In this document: piece by piece, positions 41,091 through 50,175 of the stretch
How positions within the stretch are numbered: the first letter of the stretch is position 1
Layout: every line of letters starts with the position of its first letter
Source: Alphaproteobacteria bacterium
Lineage (GTDB): Bacteria; Pseudomonadota; Alphaproteobacteria; UBA828
Assembly (NCBI GenBank): GCA_965220745.1
Contig: CBDCQT010000003.1
Coordinates: forward strand, 128,001 to 192,000
Direction of reading: 5' to 3'
Length of the DNA: 64,000 bases
The notes under the pieces: model-generated
The model's input: only the letters and a program-made list of their open reading frames with translations
Databases searched by the model: none
Told to the model about the DNA's origin: nothing
Program-made: the position numbers and the translations under genes

Positions 41091-41996
41091 TCACCGCGTC
41101 AATATCAGCGTGACCCAGGCGTCGAGCCGTATGCGCCGCCGGAGCCGGAACCGCGCCGCACGGAAGGCCGCGAGTACCAGCCGCTCTTCGGCGGCGAGAA
41201 GGCCGGAGAGCACCGCAGTGCCGCCCGGCCGCAGGTGCTGGGCGAAGGCCGGCGCCATCGCCGCGATGGGCTTTGCCCTGATGTTGGCGACGATCAGGTC
41301 CGCCCGGCCAAGCCGGCACATGGGGTCCGAGCGGAAGCCCTCTCCCCGCGCCACCGTCACCCGGCGAGAGAGCCCGTTTTGCCGCACCGTTTCCCGCGCC
41401 GTGACCACCGCCACAGGATCGCCATCGAGGGCGAGCACCCGTGCCGGCCAGAGCCGCGCCGCCGCCACCGCGAGGATGCCGGAGCCCGTGCCGATATCGA
41501 ACGCTCGGGTCACGTGTCGGCGTCTGGCCAGCCAGTCGAGCGCGAGCAGGCAGCCTTGGGTCGATTCGTGGCGGCCGGAGCCGAAAGCGGGGCCGGCATC
41601 GACGCAGATGACGAAGCGTCGGCGGGGCGGGGCCTGGCGCGCACCAATGATCGTCAAGCGCCCGACCGAGACAGGCGGAAAGGAGGCGAGGGACTGCGCT
41701 TCCCAATCGGCGGGGCCCACCGGCTCGACCGACATTTCGTCGGGCTCGCCGCCCGTCGCGCTCAGCAGCGTGCACAACCGATTTGGCCTTGGGTCATATC
41801 CTGTCGTGGCGGCGCCGAACAGGGCCACGCGGAGAAGGTCCGCCGGGGCTTCCTCGATTGGGTGTGTTGCCTTGATCGTCTCGGCCACCACGGCATCCGC
41901 ATTCTCTTCGAGCGCCGCCTCCAAGGCCACGAAATCAGCCCGACTGAGCGTCACCTGGAGCCGCCAGCCTTGGGCCTCGGGGCGGTTTCCGCTCAC
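41091..41996 (-). CDS. prmA: Ribosomal protein L11 methyltransferase
   Basis: AFGSGRHESTQGC, DIGTGSGILA, DLIVANI, LSGLL. Confidence 0.85.
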   Translation of the reverse strand: MSGNRPEAQGWRLQVTLSRADFVALEAALEENADAVVAETIKATHPIEEAPADLLRVALFGAATTGYDPRPNRLCTLLSATGGEPDEMSVEPVGPADWEAQSLASFPPVSVGRLTIIGARQAPPRRRFVICVDAGPAFGSGRHESTQGCLLALDWLARRRHVTRAFDIGTGSGILAVAAARLWPARVLALDGDPVAVVTARETVRQNGLSRRVTVARGEGFRSDPMCRLGRADLIVANIRAKPIAAMAPAFAQHLRPGGTAVLSGLLAAEERLVLAAFRAARFRLRRRIRLDAWVTLILTR

Positions 41997-42064
41997 GGCC
42001 GTCCCCGGCGCGGGCGGATTCCGGCTAAGATGGGGTCCCCGCAACGTATGGTTGGAGGCCCGCG

Positions 42065-42769
42065 ATGTCTGAGATGCCGGACTGGCAACGCTTCCTGAGC
42101 GCGGATGACAGGGAGACCATCGAGCGCGGCCGCTGGGCCAAGCGCGTCGGCTTCGGCGTGCGCCCGGCCGTCCTCCTCATCGACGTGCAGAACTACATGG
42201 TGGGAGAGGAGGGCAACCACGACCTCGCCGCCTATCCTTATAGCTGTGCCGCCGGCTGGCCCGCCGTCTGGCAGACCAAGCGCATCGTCGGCGCGGCCCG
42301 CGCCGCCGGCGCCCCGGTGATCTACACCCGCTTCGCCATCGACCGCACCGTCGGTGATGCCGGGCTCTTCGACGCCAAGATCGGCGCGGAAGCGGGCGAG
42401 AACGTCTACTTCGAAGGTACTCACGGCGGCGAAATCGTAGCCGCAGTGGCGCCCGAGCCCGGCGATCTGGTCTTCACCAAGAAGAAGCCGAGCTCCTTCC
42501 ACGGCACACCCCTCCTGCCCTATCTGATCGACCGCGCCATCGATACGCTGATCGTCACCGGCGGCGCCACCTGCAACTGCGTCCGGGCCACGGTCTTCGA
42601 CGCGTTTTCTTATAATTACCGCACCATCGTACCGTCGGACGCGGTCTTCGACCGCCTGCCGATCAGCCACGCGATCAACCTGTTCGACATGAACCGCTGC
42701 TCGGCCGACGTGTCGGACACCGAGGCCGTGCTCGACTATTTCGCCGAGCAGGCCCAGCGCGCGGCTTAA
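42065..42769 (+). CDS. Isochorismatase-family cysteine hydrolase (NicF/N-carbamoylsarcosine amidase-like)
   Basis: GFGVRPAVLLIDVQ, KKKPSSFHGT, GATCNCVRAT. Confidence 0.85.
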   Translation: MSEMPDWQRFLSADDRETIERGRWAKRVGFGVRPAVLLIDVQNYMVGEEGNHDLAAYPYSCAAGWPAVWQTKRIVGAARAAGAPVIYTRFAIDRTVGDAGLFDAKIGAEAGENVYFEGTHGGEIVAAVAPEPGDLVFTKKKPSSFHGTPLLPYLIDRAIDTLIVTGGATCNCVRATVFDAFSYNYRTIVPSDAVFDRLPISHAINLFDMNRCSADVSDTEAVLDYFAEQAQRAA

Positions 42770-42802
42770 AGGTCGCCGGTGGCACCTGCTATAGTGCGGG
42801 CG

Positions 42803-42896
42803 GGAGATCGGCGGCGGACGGCTAACTCGCCAACCCGGTCAGGTCCGGAAGGAAGCAGCCGTAACGAGCTTCAAGCCGGGTCGTCTGCCGGTCTCC
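42803..42896 (+). ncRNA. ffs: SRP 4.5S RNA
   Basis: Core CAGGTCCGGAAGGAAGCAGC, terminal stem GGAGATCGGC...GCCGGTCTCC, position upstream of dnaX. Confidence 0.92.
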
Positions 42897-42953
42897 TGCT
42901 GCCAACCCCACGCGCGGCCCCGCGAGACGCGGATCGAAGGACGCCATGCACCG

Positions 42954-44681
42954 ATGAGCGAGGACGCCGCCGCCTATCGCGTGCTCGCGCGCAAGTACAG
43001 GCCGGCGAGCTTCGCCGGGCTGATCGGCCAGGACGCCCTGGTGCGCACGCTGAGCAACGCGATCGCGATGGACCGCCTGGCCCACGCCTACCTGCTGACG
43101 GGCGTGCGCGGGGTGGGCAAGACCTCGACCGCCCGGATCATCGCGCGCGCCCTCAACTGCATCGGTGAGGATGGCACCGGCGGCCCGACGCCCGAGCCCT
43201 GCGGCAAGTGCGATCACTGCATCTCCATAGCCGAGGACCGCCACGTCGACGTGATCGAGATGGACGCCGCTTCGCGCACCGGCATCGACGACGTGCGCGA
43301 GCTGATCGAGAGCGTGCGCTACCGCCCGGTTTCGGCGCGCTTCAAGGTCTACATCATCGACGAAGTGCACATGCTCTCGAAGCAGGCCTTCAACGCCCTG
43401 CTCAAAACGCTCGAAGAGCCGCCGCCCCACGTCAAATTCGTGTTCGCAACGACCGAGGTGCGGCGCCTGCCGGTGACGGTGCTCTCGCGCTGCCAGCGCT
43501 TCGACCTGCGCCGGGTCGATATGGAGCTGCTGATCGAGCACTTCTCGGGCATCGCCACCAAAGAGGGGGCGGAAGTGGAGCCGGCGGCGCTCGCGCTTAT
43601 CGCCCGGGCCGCCGATGGCTCGGTGCGCGACGGCCTATCGGTGCTCGACCAGGCGATGGCGCACGAGGGCACGCGCATCACCGAAGAGGCGGTGCGGGCC
43701 ATGCTTGGCCTCGCCGACCGCACCCGGCTCTTCGACCTGTTCGACATGCTGATGAAGGGCGCGATCAAGGACGCGCTGGATTGCTTCTCCGAGCTACACG
43801 ACGCCGGCGCGGAGCCGCAGACCCTGCTGCAGGACCTGCTGGAACTCTGCCACTGGCTGACGCGGCTAAAGCATGTCCCCGCCGCGGCGGAGGACCCCGC
43901 GGTGCCCGAGGCCGAGCGCACGCGCGGGCGTGCCATGGCGGAGGCGCTAGCGGTGCCGTCGCTCACCCAGACCTGGCAGATGCTGCTTAAGGGGCTGGAA
44001 GAGGCCAACCGGGCGGCGCGGCCTGCGCTTGCGGCCGAGATGACCCTGGTGCGGATCGCTTATGCCGCCGACCTGCCGAGTCCGGCCGATGCGCTCCGCG
44101 CCATCGGCACCGGCGGCAACGGGGCGCAGCCGAAAGACGCACCCGCAGCATCGCCCGCCTCTGCTCCCGCGCCCGCATCAGGCGGTGCTGCAAGCGCCGG
44201 TGCAGCGGCTGAGCCGGCTGTGGTGCCCGAATCGGCGCCCGAGCCGGCAACTCAGCCAGCGCCGGTGGCCGCATCCGTCCCGCATGTGCAGCCGACATCC
44301 TGGCGTGAGATCGCTGCGCTCGCAGAGGAGCAGCGGGAGCCGATCCTGAGCGCGTGGCTCCGGACCGAGGTCCGCCCCATTCGCGTCGCCGCAGGCGCGG
44401 TCGAGATCAACTGCGGGCGTTCGCCTGACGGCAAGATGCTCGCCCTGCTTCAGGAGCGGCTCGAGCAATGGACCGGCGAGCGCTGGATGGTCGCGCTGAG
44501 CGAAGAGGGCGGCGAGCCCACCCTCGACGAGCAGGATCGGGCCAAGCAGGAAGCGGCCGACCAGGCGGCAATGGACCACCCCTTGGTGCGGCAGGTCCTC
44601 GATGCCTTCCCCGGCGCGCGCGTGCGCAAGGTGCACCGGCCGGCGCCGGACAGCGGAAACGACGGAGATGTCTCCCCATGA
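42954..44681 (+). CDS. dnaX: DNA polymerase III gamma/tau
   Basis: YRVLARKYRP, GVRGVGKT, EMDAAS, IIDEVHMLS, SRCQRF. Confidence 0.96.
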   Translation: MSEDAAAYRVLARKYRPASFAGLIGQDALVRTLSNAIAMDRLAHAYLLTGVRGVGKTSTARIIARALNCIGEDGTGGPTPEPCGKCDHCISIAEDRHVDVIEMDAASRTGIDDVRELIESVRYRPVSARFKVYIIDEVHMLSKQAFNALLKTLEEPPPHVKFVFATTEVRRLPVTVLSRCQRFDLRRVDMELLIEHFSGIATKEGAEVEPAALALIARAADGSVRDGLSVLDQAMAHEGTRITEEAVRAMLGLADRTRLFDLFDMLMKGAIKDALDCFSELHDAGAEPQTLLQDLLELCHWLTRLKHVPAAAEDPAVPEAERTRGRAMAEALAVPSLTQTWQMLLKGLEEANRAARPALAAEMTLVRIAYAADLPSPADALRAIGTGGNGAQPKDAPAASPASAPAPASGGAASAGAAAEPAVVPESAPEPATQPAPVAASVPHVQPTSWREIAALAEEQREPILSAWLRTEVRPIRVAAGAVEINCGRSPDGKMLALLQERLEQWTGERWMVALSEEGGEPTLDEQDRAKQEAADQAAMDHPLVRQVLDAFPGARVRKVHRPAPDSGNDGDVSP

Positions 44682-45001
44682 AGAACATCGGCAAGATGCT
44701 GAAGCAGGCGCAGGAAATGCAGACCAGGATGGCCGAGCTGCAGGAGAGCCTCGGCGCGCTGGAGGTCGAGGGCACGGCGGGCGGCGGCCTGGTGCGGGTG
44801 ACGCTCACCGGCAAGGGCGAAATGCGCCGCCTCTCCATCGACCCGGCGCTGGTGAGCGGCGACGAGGTGGAGGTGCTGGAAGACCTGATCGTCGCCGCCT
44901 TCAACGACGGCAAGGCCAAGGTGGAGCAGCTCGTACAGGAACGCATGGCCGAGGTCACCGGCGGACTCAAGCTGCCGCCGGGCCTCGACCTCGGCATGTG
45001 A
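44678..45001 (+). CDS. ybaB: YbaB/EbfC nucleoid-associated protein
   Basis: [28 protein letters not shown]; synteny. Confidence 0.93.
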   Translation: MKNIGKMLKQAQEMQTRMAELQESLGALEVEGTAGGGLVRVTLTGKGEMRRLSIDPALVSGDEVEVLEDLIVAAFNDGKAKVEQLVQERMAEVTGGLKLPPGLDLGM

Positions 45002-45038
45002 GTGCGCGCCGCAGCCCTTCTCTCACTGGCGACGGGCG

Positions 45039-45635
45039 ATGACGAGCCCTGCGATCGAGCGGCTGGTCGGGCATCTCAGCAAGCTCCCCGGTCTCGGGCC
45101 GCGCTCGGCCCGCCGTGCTGCGCTGCATCTGCTGGAGCGGCGCGAATCGCACCTGGAGCCGCTGCTCGCCGCGCTGCGCACGGCGGCCGAGAGCGTCCGC
45201 GCCTGCGCCACCTGCGGCAATCTCGATGCGCAGGACCCCTGCGCGATCTGCGCGGATCCCGAGCGCGATCGCTCGGCCATCTGCGTCGTCGAGCAGGTCG
45301 CGGACCTGTGGGCGCTGGAGCGCACACTGATGTTCCGCGGCCGCTACCACGTGCTGGGCGGGCTCTTGTCCGCGCTCGACGGGATCGGGCCGGAGGACCT
45401 CGCCATCGCCGGCCTCGTCGCCCGCGCCGGCGAGCCCGAGGTCAACGAGATCATCCTCGCCACCAGCGCCACGGTGGATGGGCAAACCACGGCTCACTAT
45501 CTGACCGATCGCCTCGCCGAGAGCGGCGTCGCGATCTCCCGTCTCGCTCACGGCCTGCCGGTCGGCGGCGAGCTCGACTATCTCGACGACGGCACCCTCG
45601 GCACCGCGCTCAAGGCACGCCAGCGCCTGCTCTGA
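45039..45635 (+). CDS. recR: Recombination mediator RecR
   Basis: [12 protein letters not shown]4 zinc finger, [14 protein letters not shown]. Confidence 0.96.
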   Translation: MTSPAIERLVGHLSKLPGLGPRSARRAALHLLERRESHLEPLLAALRTAAESVRACATCGNLDAQDPCAICADPERDRSAICVVEQVADLWALERTLMFRGRYHVLGGLLSALDGIGPEDLAIAGLVARAGEPEVNEIILATSATVDGQTTAHYLTDRLAESGVAISRLAHGLPVGGELDYLDDGTLGTALKARQRLL

Positions 45636-45731
45636 ATCGGCGCGAATACGCGCTGGATAGTCCGCCGCACGCCCTCTATGGTCGCGCCCCGGCCGCCAGC
45701 CAGGCGGCCGATGAGACTGTTGGAGAGGGCC

Positions 45732-46652
45732 ATGGCAGACGAGGCGAAGAGCGCGGGCCGGCTGGAACAGGTGCTGCGCGCGGGCGAGTTCGCCATCACG
45801 GCTGAGATGGGCCCGCCCGACTCGGTGGATCCGGCCGACGTTCTGGCCCACGCCGGCTGCCTCAAGGGGCTCGCCGATGCCGTCAACGTGCTCGACGGCG
45901 CCGGCGCACGCGCGCATCTCTCGCCGCTCGCGACTGCCGCGATTCTGGTCCGCGAAGGCATCGAGCCGGTGCTTCAGTTCACCATGCGCGACCGCAACCG
46001 GCTCGCACTTCAGGCCGACGTGCTGGGGGCGGCAGCGCTCGGCGTGCACAGCCTGCTCTGCCTGACCGGGGATTCGGTGGACGCCGGCGATCAGCCTGAG
46101 ACGAAGCCGGTCTTCGACCTGAAATCCAACGAGTTCATGGCGTTGGTCCGCACCATGCGGGACGAGGCCGTGCTGCCGGGCGGGCGTAGCCTCGCCTCGA
46201 CGCCACGGCTGCTGATCGGCGGCGCCGATGCGCCCCGCGAGCCCAAGGCGGGCGATACGCCCACCAGCCTTCAGGCCAAGATCGAGGCCGGCGCGGATTT
46301 TTTCCAGACCCAGTTCTGCTTCGATATGGCGATGCTGAGGCGCTACCTCGCCTGGCTCGGGGATTTCGGCATTCCCGAGCGCACGTCGATCATCGTCGGC
46401 ATCGGGCCTATAAGGTCCGCGCGTTCGGCCCGCTGGATGAACGAGAACCTGTTCGGCGTGCACATCCCGGATGCGGTCATCGCCCGGCTCGACGGCGCCA
46501 AGGACCCGCAGGCCGAGGGCATTCGCATCTGTGTCGAGCTGATCGAGGAGCTGCAGGAAATCAAGGGCGTCGCCGGCGCGCACCTGATGGCGCCGCGCGG
46601 CGAGCAGGCCATCGCCAAAGTGATCGCCGAAACGGGACTTCGCGGCGCCTGA
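45732..46652 (+). CDS. metF: Methylenetetrahydrofolate reductase family protein
   Basis: TMRDRNRLALQ, LTGD, KIEAGADFFQTQ. Confidence 0.8.
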   Translation: MADEAKSAGRLEQVLRAGEFAITAEMGPPDSVDPADVLAHAGCLKGLADAVNVLDGAGARAHLSPLATAAILVREGIEPVLQFTMRDRNRLALQADVLGAAALGVHSLLCLTGDSVDAGDQPETKPVFDLKSNEFMALVRTMRDEAVLPGGRSLASTPRLLIGGADAPREPKAGDTPTSLQAKIEAGADFFQTQFCFDMAMLRRYLAWLGDFGIPERTSIIVGIGPIRSARSARWMNENLFGVHIPDAVIARLDGAKDPQAEGIRICVELIEELQEIKGVAGAHLMAPRGEQAIAKVIAETGLRGA

Positions 46653-46682
46653 ATGCGCCCTCAGCGGCGCACTTACGTTCCC

Positions 46683-47534
46683 CTAGAACAGTTGCCGGAC
46701 GCCGATCTCGAGGAAGTGGATGCGGAGGTCGGTCTCCGTCGTCGTCGAGACCATACCGTTGTCAGCGCTGAACGACAAGCCGTTGAGGGCCTGCAGGCGG
46801 TAGCCGATGTTGAGCGTGGCCGTATCCGACAGAGCGTAGCCGATTCCTGCCCCGATCTGATAGGCGAAGGCGGTGTCGGTGGTGGAGAGCCTGGGAACGT
46901 CGGCGGCCTGTAGGGGGCGGAGGCCGGCTAGGGCGGCCAACAACTGCGGATTCTGGGCCGCAGCCATAGCTGCCCTTTGGCTGATCGCGTTTTTCACCGC
47001 GTTGGGATCGTAGCTCAAATCGCTTTGGTCGATGCGGATGAGGCCAAGGCCACCGCCGATGTAAGGGGTCCAGTTATCGCCGGTGTCGAAGTCATACCAG
47101 AGGTTCACCATGGCGCCGAACTGGTCGCCAGTGCCCGATACCGGGATGTCCACATCTCCAAGAAGGTCGGGGGGTAGCGGCAGTCCCGGCAAGGAAATGC
47201 CGGTGTGGGTGAGCCTGCTGACCTCGGCCCTGGCGAAGAATATCTCGCCCTCGACGCGGAGGTTGGACTCCAAATGATGGCCGAGGACGGCGCCGAGCTT
47301 GAAGCCCGTGTCGTGTTCCGACCTGACCGTGGACTGAAGTTCGATCGGCCCCTGGGGACTCGAGAAGCTTGTGTTGGCGTTGGAGTCGCTATCGTCAATG
47401 AACATGAGGGGCATGTTCGCCCCGATGTACCACTCCCCTTCCTGTGCCTTCGCAACTGACGCGACGCTGAATGCAAGACACGCGGCCGTTACTGCTCCAA
47501 CAATCCAGCGCGATCCGAAGCTGTTTCCAGACAT
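46683..47534 (-). CDS. Outer membrane beta-barrel protein (Msp4/opacity-like)
   Basis: Signal peptide, NLRVEGE, WYDF, PYIGGGLG, FAYQIGAG, C-terminal Phe. Confidence 0.82.
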   Translation of the reverse strand: MSGNSFGSRWIVGAVTAACLAFSVASVAKAQEGEWYIGANMPLMFIDDSDSNANTSFSSPQGPIELQSTVRSEHDTGFKLGAVLGHHLESNLRVEGEIFFARAEVSRLTHTGISLPGLPLPPDLLGDVDIPVSGTGDQFGAMVNLWYDFDTGDNWTPYIGGGLGLIRIDQSDLSYDPNAVKNAISQRAAMAAAQNPQLLAALAGLRPLQAADVPRLSTTDTAFAYQIGAGIGYALSDTATLNIGYRLQALNGLSFSADNGMVSTTTETDLRIHFLEIGVRQLF

Positions 47535-47692
47535 TTTCCGGTTCTCCCCGACTACGCCTCATCTGCCCGTCTAGTCTAGGCTATTGCGAGACGAAACGTG
47601 GCGCAAACGTCTGCGGCAGCCTCGACACCCGCGCGTTTTGAACGCGTCGAGATACGCGTCTACCGTAAGCGGCGCTCAGCCCGCCTCTTTGC

Positions 47693-48559
47693 TCATCCGC
47701 CGGCATCGCGCTCGCGCGTACCCTCGTAGCCGGAGGGCAAGTAGCCAAAGCGTTCCATTTGGGTGCGGTGACGCTCTACCACGCGGCGGACCTGTGCGTC
47801 GTCCAGCACCTCCCGCCAGCCGCCCATCTTGCCGGTCCGGAAGAACCGGTCCTGCGACGGGGTGCGCTCGATAAAGCCGGTGCGGTCTTCCTGCGCGCGC
47901 AGTGAGCGGAAGGACGAGTGCCGCATCGCCCGCTCCAAGCGCTCGCGCGGAGGCTTGAGGCCGAGGAAGGCCGAAATGGCGCGGAAGGTCGGGCCGGGCC
48001 GGCGACCCATGTCTTCGTAGCGCACGACGTGGAGTTGCGGATGCGAGCTGGCGGTCCAACTCTCGACATGGGTGGACCAGTCACTGTGGTGCTCGGGCAC
48101 CTGGTCCGCCGACGCGGGCGAATGAAATCCCCTAGTCTCCATGAGCGTGATGACGTCGTCCGTCGGCTGGCCCAGGTGGTGGGCGTAGGAGACGACCACG
48201 TCGAGCGGGTTGCGCACGACATAGATCGCCCCTGCCGTGAGCGACTGGGTAATCATGGGCACGCCATCGGCCTCGACGAGGGCGTTGTGGGTCTTGACCA
48301 TGACGGTATCGGGCGCGCTCTCGGCGATGAGTGCGTGCACCCTGGGCCTGAGGCGCGCAAGATCCTCCCCGCCCAGCGCCACCGGCGATCGGGAATCGAA
48401 CCGCTCGTACCAGTGCGCTTGGCTGTCGCCCGCTGTCAACTCGGACATTCGGTTGATGTCAAAGGGCGCGCGCGAATTCCGCAGCAGGTTGTGCAGGAAG
48501 GCGCGTAGCCACGTGTTGCCCGACTTGGGGTAGGAGGCGAGCCACAGGATACCGCTCAT
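47693..48559 (-). CDS. PAPS-dependent sulfotransferase
   Basis: WLASYPKSGNTW, KTH, VRNPLDVVVS, RYED, FFRTG. Confidence 0.9.
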   Translation of the reverse strand: MSGILWLASYPKSGNTWLRAFLHNLLRNSRAPFDINRMSELTAGDSQAHWYERFDSRSPVALGGEDLARLRPRVHALIAESAPDTVMVKTHNALVEADGVPMITQSLTAGAIYVVRNPLDVVVSYAHHLGQPTDDVITLMETRGFHSPASADQVPEHHSDWSTHVESWTASSHPQLHVVRYEDMGRRPGPTFRAISAFLGLKPPRERLERAMRHSSFRSLRAQEDRTGFIERTPSQDRFFRTGKMGGWREVLDDAQVRRVVERHRTQMERFGYLPSGYEGTRERDAGG

Positions 48560-48713
48560 GAATTATCGCAGAGAGACCGAACGCTTATTAGGCCGGCAAT
48601 GCCCTTCAGGTGACCGCGCGGCGCGAGTCCAGCAGATGCTGAACGCATCCCGGTCATCTCCTCCTTCCTGCCCAATCGCCTGATTCGAGCGTGCGGTCGG
48701 CTGGAATCCGCCC

Positions 48714-48743
48714 AAAGAAAAGGGAGCGGCCGAAGCCGCTCCC
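48714..48743 (-). terminator. Rho-independent terminator of the porin gene
   Basis: GGGAGCGGC-CGAA-GCCGCTCCC hairpin with an A-run on the left (U-tract on the minus strand). Confidence 0.8.
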
Positions 48744-48769
48744 CACGCTCTTGACAACAATGCTCCAGA

Positions 48770-49768
48770 CTAGAAGTTGAGCATCGTCCCCAGAAGGATC
48801 TGAGTGAAGTCGTTCGCGCCACTCTCGCCCGCGCCAATCTGCATCCCGACATCGATTCCCGGTCCGAGATTGTAGTTGGCATTGAAGGCCACGATGTTGC
48901 TGTCGTTGGACTCGTTGTCGCCGTACTGAACGCCCAGCATCATGGGGCCGTCGGTCCAGGACACACCAATGTCGGACTTCGAGGTCGTGACACCACCGAT
49001 TTCCTGATCGTACACGGCGCCGCCTAGCGCGATCTGGTCGATGCTGATCGAGGCCCCGTAACGCATGCCCTCGGGATCCGCACCGCCGTCTTCGTTCGTG
49101 TAGCCCTCGTAGCTGACATTGGCGCTGAAGCTGCCGCCCATGACGTCGACCGAATAGCTAAGGGCGGCGGAGACCCCCTCCGAGTTCTGCCCCGGGTCGG
49201 CAGTACCCGTTCCGCCATAGGAGGCTGTCGTATCCTCGGGCGCGTAGCTCGCGGCAAGGGAAATGCCGTTAAAGCTTGGCGAGAAGTAGAGGACCTTGAT
49301 CGCATCCTCATTCATGATGGCGTTCGTCGTCCACATGCCGCCGATGCCGCCGAACCAAGGCGACTTGATGCCGCCGATAGGCACGGTCCCGCCTGGCGCC
49401 CAGACGACCGTCTGCTGCGCGGCGCCTTCGATTGCGCCGACGTGCAGGGAGCCGAAACCGCCGCTAAAGGTGATTTCCTGCTCGTCGCTGTGCTCGTAGT
49501 CGTTGGCGGCGAAGCGGACCCTGACGCCAACGGTGATGCCGTTGTCGAGGGTAGACGAGCCCGCGATCTGCATCTCCATGTTCTGCTGGATGACGTGGCC
49601 GCGATCATCCATGGCACCGTCCATGTCTCGGGCGACGAGAGCGGTGGTGTAGTAGCCGCCCACGCCTACGCTGATCGGCTCGGCCATCATCTCATCGGCA
49701 GACGCGACATTGCTGGCCAGCAGGCCAACAGCCGCGAGTGCCGTAGTTCCCAACAATACCTTCTTCAT
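48770..49768 (-). CDS. Alphaproteobacterial porin
   Basis: MKKVLLGTTAL signal, LDNGITVG, YFSPSFNG, YNLGPG, C-terminal Phe. Confidence 0.9.
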   Translation of the reverse strand: MKKVLLGTTALAAVGLLASNVASADEMMAEPISVGVGGYYTTALVARDMDGAMDDRGHVIQQNMEMQIAGSSTLDNGITVGVRVRFAANDYEHSDEQEITFSGGFGSLHVGAIEGAAQQTVVWAPGGTVPIGGIKSPWFGGIGGMWTTNAIMNEDAIKVLYFSPSFNGISLAASYAPEDTTASYGGTGTADPGQNSEGVSAALSYSVDVMGGSFSANVSYEGYTNEDGGADPEGMRYGASISIDQIALGGAVYDQEIGGVTTSKSDIGVSWTDGPMMLGVQYGDNESNDSNIVAFNANYNLGPGIDVGMQIGAGESGANDFTQILLGTMLNF

Positions 49769-49927
49769 GCTTCGCGAGCGCAATTTTGGAGGTGATTCTG
49801 TACTCCGCTGTTATGATGGGGTAATTATGAGGTCCTGACGCGCTGGCGCTGAGCGCCCGAGAATTTCCGTAAGCGCTCAGGAAGCGGATTGATTACAACG
49901 TAAGCGTAGTCCTGCGTATTCCTGTCG

Positions 49928-50073
49928 GTAAGCGTTCCGTTCGCCCGTGGAGATGTTGATCCACCCGCCGTTTCGCTTCCGCCAGCCCGATGATCGCAGG
50001 GGCGATTTTAGCGGCTGAGCGCGCGTTGCCAATCCCTTCTGAGCGGCCGGAGCCAGACGTCCTTGCGGGGCTT
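49928..50073. repeat. Left terminal inverted repeat, 146 bp
   Basis: Reverse complement of 53388-53533 with 2 mismatches counted by eye. Confidence 0.92.
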
Positions 50074-50175
50074 TGGGGCTGTGGAGACCGTGCCGTGTCG
50101 GCACAGTCCTCCGCGCCGAATCGAGCTTGTACAAGTCGCTGGTAACATGATTCGACATGCGCTATCGTCGAGCGC

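Noticed and set aside
39132-42098. 988-aa plus-strand ORF
   Set aside because: Antisense shadow of pepP and prmA
42803-45635. ffs-dnaX-ybaB-recR as a novelty
   Set aside because: Widely conserved arrangement; the Ala/Pro-rich DnaX linker is normal
49869-49934. Three GTAAGCG motifs as nested IS66 ends
   Set aside because: Only the copy at 49928 has a matching inverted end and TSD
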